DNA from: an uncultured bacterium
Lineage (GTDB): Bacteria; Chloroflexota; UBA5177; JANWHV01
Direction: 5' to 3'
DNA: 64,000 nucleotides
Assembly (NCBI GenBank): GCA_963827235.1
Contig: CAWHAE010000009.1
Span: 576,001-640,000 of the forward strand
The notes beneath the pieces are model-generated. The model ran no database searches and was not told the origin of the DNA. It saw only the letters and a list, made by a program, of their open reading frames with translations. Shown here piece by piece: positions 60,943-64,000 of this stretch. How positions within the stretch are numbered: the first letter of the stretch is position 1; each line of letters opens with the position of its first letter. The position numbers and the translations under genes were made by a program.

Positions 60943-62415
60943 GTAAGAGTTCAGAGTCGAGGTCAAAGAGTCTGCAAGGCGTGGAGGCAGGCAGCGAAGG
61001 GGTTGAGGTCGCGCGCAGCCCAGGTGGAGAAGACGCTGGCCAGGTCGCAACGGATGGCCGAGCCGGCATCGCCGCGCGAGCCACCGCTGATCTTGCGGGC
61101 GATCACCTGGGGACGCACGGTGCGTTCGGCCAGGTTGTTCGTGGGGCTGACGCCGGGCGTGCGGATGAACTCGAACAGTTCGCTCTCATAGCGGTGCAGG
61201 CGGGTGGCCAAGACCTGAGCCGGATGCCCGGGCGTCGTGCGATAGCAGCGGGCCAGCAGCCGCAGCCGCCGTTCCAGGTTGCGGGCCACGCGGGCACGCT
61301 CCCGCAGGGTGCAGGCGGACAGGTCCAAGGCACGCGCACCGGCAAAGAGGTCCTTGAGCGCACGGACCCAGTCCTGCACGTCTGGCCGCGCAGGGCAGTC
61401 CGCACCGAGCTTGTGGGCGTCGCGCAAGAGATGGGCCCAACAGCGCTGGTGTGGTCCGGGGTACTGGTCGTAGGCCGCGTAGAAGTCGGTGCTCAGCACG
61501 CCGCCAAAGTCGCCCACCAGCTCCCGTGCCACCTGGCCCGATCGGCTCGGGTGGAAGGTATACAGCCGCGTGGCCGCCGGCCCGTCCGTGGCTTGCACCC
61601 ACAAATAGCCGTTCTGCCCGTCTTGGCGCCAGCCCGTTTCGTCCATGTACTGCACCGGACTGGCCCGTGTCTGGGCTCGAATCGTCGCCACCACCGGTGC
61701 CAACTGCTGCCGCAGGCGGGCCAGGATGTCTTGCAGGCCGCCGATCGAGAACCGGAGCCCGTAGACCTGGTCCAGCAAGGCTTGCACCTGTGCCAAGGGT
61801 AGCCGAGCGCTGGTGCGCAAGACACCAATCAGGCTGGCCAGCCGCACGCCTATCCGCCCCTGCCCCAACACCTGCCCCGCAAAAGAGACCCGCGGCGTCT
61901 TGTATGCGCGACAGACCGGACAGTACCGCTTGAGGATCTGGTGCTCCACCACGCTCACCGGCGTGGCCGGCACCTCCAGCACTTCCCGCCGCCGCTGCAC
62001 CGCTCCGTCGCGTAACGTATAGCCGCAATCCGGACAGCGGTCATAGGCGTGTCGGACGTATTGGCTCGGCGTGCTCCGCGGCCGACCATGGTTCTGCTCC
62101 GCCGCCCGCTGTCGCCGCGTTTCCCCTTCCGCCTTCTCCCGCTTGACCCGGTTGGCCTTGGCCCAGGGCGCCGGCGGCCGCTTCTCCGCCTCCAGTTCAG
62201 CTATCCGCTGTTCCAGTGCCGCCACTTTCACGCGTAAAGCCGCGTTTTCGACCTGGAGTTGCGCCACCTGCTCCCGCAGCAGCGCATTCTGGATCTGCAG
62301 TTCGGCAATCAGGGCGAGGGCGTCTTCGAGCGTCATCCCTTGACGCTACCCGCTTCATCCGTAGCGGGCCAGCAACCTCAACCGATTGCACCTGCATCTA
62401 CTTCTGAGCTCTTAC
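60943..62415 (-). mobile_element. IS66-family insertion sequence (single-ORF, ISBst12-like), 1473 bp
   Basis: Terminal IRs GTAAGAGTTCAGA / TCTGAGCTCTTAC; 8-bp target duplication CGGCGCGC at 60935-60942 and 62416-62423. Confidence 0.95.
60963..62336 (-). CDS. IS66-family DDE transposase
   Basis: N-terminal coiled coil, CPDC/CPVC zinc finger, DETGW, STDFYAAY, QRCWAHLLR, TNNLAER...RKISGG. Confidence 0.95.
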   Translation of the reverse strand: MTLEDALALIAELQIQNALLREQVAQLQVENAALRVKVAALEQRIAELEAEKRPPAPWAKANRVKREKAEGETRRQRAAEQNHGRPRSTPSQYVRHAYDRCPDCGYTLRDGAVQRRREVLEVPATPVSVVEHQILKRYCPVCRAYKTPRVSFAGQVLGQGRIGVRLASLIGVLRTSARLPLAQVQALLDQVYGLRFSIGGLQDILARLRQQLAPVVATIRAQTRASPVQYMDETGWRQDGQNGYLWVQATDGPAATRLYTFHPSRSGQVARELVGDFGGVLSTDFYAAYDQYPGPHQRCWAHLLRDAHKLGADCPARPDVQDWVRALKDLFAGARALDLSACTLRERARVARNLERRLRLLARCYRTTPGHPAQVLATRLHRYESELFEFIRTPGVSPTNNLAERTVRPQVIARKISGGSRGDAGSAIRCDLASVFSTWAARDLNPFAACLHALQTL

Positions 62416-62509
62416 CGGCGCGCTCCTTCTCTGTCCGCGATTCTCCGCTGGAGAAGATCTCGCTCGCCGGCCGGGCGCGAAGCGGCGCGCACGCTACGCG
62501 GTCCGCATC

Positions 62510-62549
62510 CGGACTGCCGGGGAAGGACGCATCCTTCCCCGGCAGTCCG
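62510..62549. terminator. 18-bp perfect hairpin downstream of ogt
   Basis: CGGACTGCCGGGGAAGGA-CGCA-TCCTTCCCCGGCAGTCCG. Confidence 0.55.
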
Positions 62550-62693
62550 TTGACCTCGCCGAGCGCAGTATCGGCCTCGGTGGAGTGCCGCCGGGTATGG
62601 CGACTCACCGCACTACAGTACCGGCAGCATACCGTGAGCAGCCATCTACGCCGGCGATGCGCGTGCCGTACCGCCCGGCCGCCGGGCACGCCC

Positions 62694-63227
62694 TCAGACG
62701 GAGAGTGGCGCTGCCGCCTCCGGCACCGTGGTGCGCTGAGCGGCCTGTGCTTCGTGATCGAGCAGCCATCGCTTGCGCGCTAGGCCCCAGGCATAGCCTC
62801 CCAACCCGCCGTTTGACCGCAGGACGCGGTGGCAGGGCACGATCAGGGCGACAGCGTTGCGGCCGCATGCGGTGCCCGCGGCGCGCGAGGCGGCCGGATG
62901 CTGCAGACGCGATGCCAACTCGTGGTAGCTGATGGGCAGTCCCGACGGGATCTGTCGCAGTGCCTGCCAGGCGGCAAGGTAGAAGGCAGAGCCCTGCTGC
63001 GTCACCGGTATGTCGTCGATGGCCGACAGCCGGCCGTCGAAATACGCGGTCACGGCACGCGAGTGCTCCCCGAGGCCGGGCACGTGCTTGACGGCCGCCG
63101 GATCGCCCCCCGGAACTCGCAGGTCCTCGATAGTGCCGGTGAATCCTGCTGCGCAGATGCCGTCTCCATCGCTGACCAGGGTGAAGGGGCCGATCGGTGT
63201 GTGCAGAGTCGTCGTGTAGAGTTTCAT
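62694..63227 (-). CDS. ogt: Methylated-DNA--protein-cysteine methyltransferase
   Basis: ASRAAGTACGRN...IVPCHRV...LGGY..GL.RK.WLL.HE. Confidence 0.95.
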   Translation of the reverse strand: MKLYTTTLHTPIGPFTLVSDGDGICAAGFTGTIEDLRVPGGDPAAVKHVPGLGEHSRAVTAYFDGRLSAIDDIPVTQQGSAFYLAAWQALRQIPSGLPISYHELASRLQHPAASRAAGTACGRNAVALIVPCHRVLRSNGGLGGYAWGLARKRWLLDHEAQAAQRTTVPEAAAPLSV

Positions 63228-63248
63228 GGTTTCTCTCCTTATCGCGTA

Positions 63249-64000
63249 CTAGGCGTCGAGCGCCGATGGGCGTGCTTCCGCAGGCAGTGCGGCCGCTCGT
63301 GCCAGGCTGTTCCAGAGCAGGAATGCCGCATAGCCCCGCCAGGGATGCCATGTCTCGGACGCGGCGGCGAGGCTTTTTGGATCGCCGGGATAGCCTAGAC
63401 GCTCGCACGCGCGTCTCAGTCCAAGATCGTGCACGGGTAGGGCATCGGGGTCGCCGAGAGCACGCAGGGCAATGTACGAGGCGGTCCAGGGTCCAATGCC
63501 CGGCAGGGCTTGCAGGCGGGCCACGACGCTCGCGCGGTCTTCTCCGCGATCCAGCACGAGATCGCCTGCTGCCACTGCCTGAGCCAGTGCCCTCAGCGCC
63601 GCCGCCCGGCCGTTCATGAGCCCGATCCCCTCCAGATCCGCTTCGGCCACCGAGTCCGCGGTGGGGAAGTAGTGCGTGAGCGTTCCAACTGGGCTCGCCA
63701 GCGGCGTTCCCGCGCGTGCTACCAGACGGGCGGCCAAAACCTGGGCGCGCGCAACCGAGACCTGCTGGCCGAGAACGGCGCGAACGCCGAGCTCGAAGCC
63801 GTCGATCGTGCCCGGAATGCGGAGCCCGGGTTGTGCCGGCACGAGCGAGCCCAGGATCGGATCGGAACCGAGCGCCTCCGCGATCGCCGGCGGATCGGCG
63901 TCCAGGTCGAACATCTGCCGGCACCGCTGCACGAGGAGGGGAAGATCGGTCAGTACCTCGAAGCCAAGCCGGAGCGCCACGGTTGCCGACTCCTGCTGCG
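63249..64000 (-). CDS. alkA: DNA-3-methyladenine glycosylase II, 5' end outside the window
   Basis: FDLDADP, PGLRIPG..DGFE..VRAVLGQQVS, HhH motif LPGIGPWTA, D.GL, WHPWRGYA. Confidence 0.93.
   Translation of the reverse strand, partial: QQESATVALRLGFEVLTDLPLLVQRCRQMFDLDADPPAIAEALGSDPILGSLVPAQPGLRIPGTIDGFELGVRAVLGQQVSVARAQVLAARLVARAGTPLASPVGTLTHYFPTADSVAEADLEGIGLMNGRAAALRALAQAVAAGDLVLDRGEDRASVVARLQALPGIGPWTASYIALRALGDPDALPVHDLGLRRACERLGYPGDPKSLAAASETWHPWRGYAAFLLWNSLARAAALPAEARPSALDA

Overview
GC-rich bacterial chromosomal window, possibly Chloroflexota-like from gene content (inference only). I found no rRNA, tRNA or CRISPR array. The first 13 kb encodes three large secreted Thr/Ser/Gly-rich Ig-like-repeat proteins sharing a C-terminal 'YFAEGYTG' domain; the two tandem paralogues share a nearly identical ~1.28 kb 3' block. 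Next come a stand-alone IS200/RAYT-like HUH transposase bracketed by 47-bp inverted REP-like repeats, an orphan His kinase and a YfhO-like glycosylation protein. The rest is housekeeping and accessory genes: nfo, ABC-F, dCMP deaminase, an ABC exporter, gdhA, a two-component system, queG, PMM/PGM, deoB, an APC permease, ogt and alkA. There are also three type II toxin-antitoxin loci (one toxin has an internal amber codon) and an intact IS66-family element with an 8-bp target duplication. The most unusual items are a secreted PQQ-type dehydrogenase fused to a sulfocyanin-like blue-copper domain, the REP-flanked tyrosine transposase, a 52-bp palindrome carrying two TATAAT boxes ahead of an ATPase + dCMP deaminase pair, a candidate attenuator RNA ahead of the APC permease, and a CopC(degenerate)-CopD-beta-propeller fusion. 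Six single-base frameshifts in the first 17 kb look like long-read errors. All family calls come from motif recognition by eye, not database searches.
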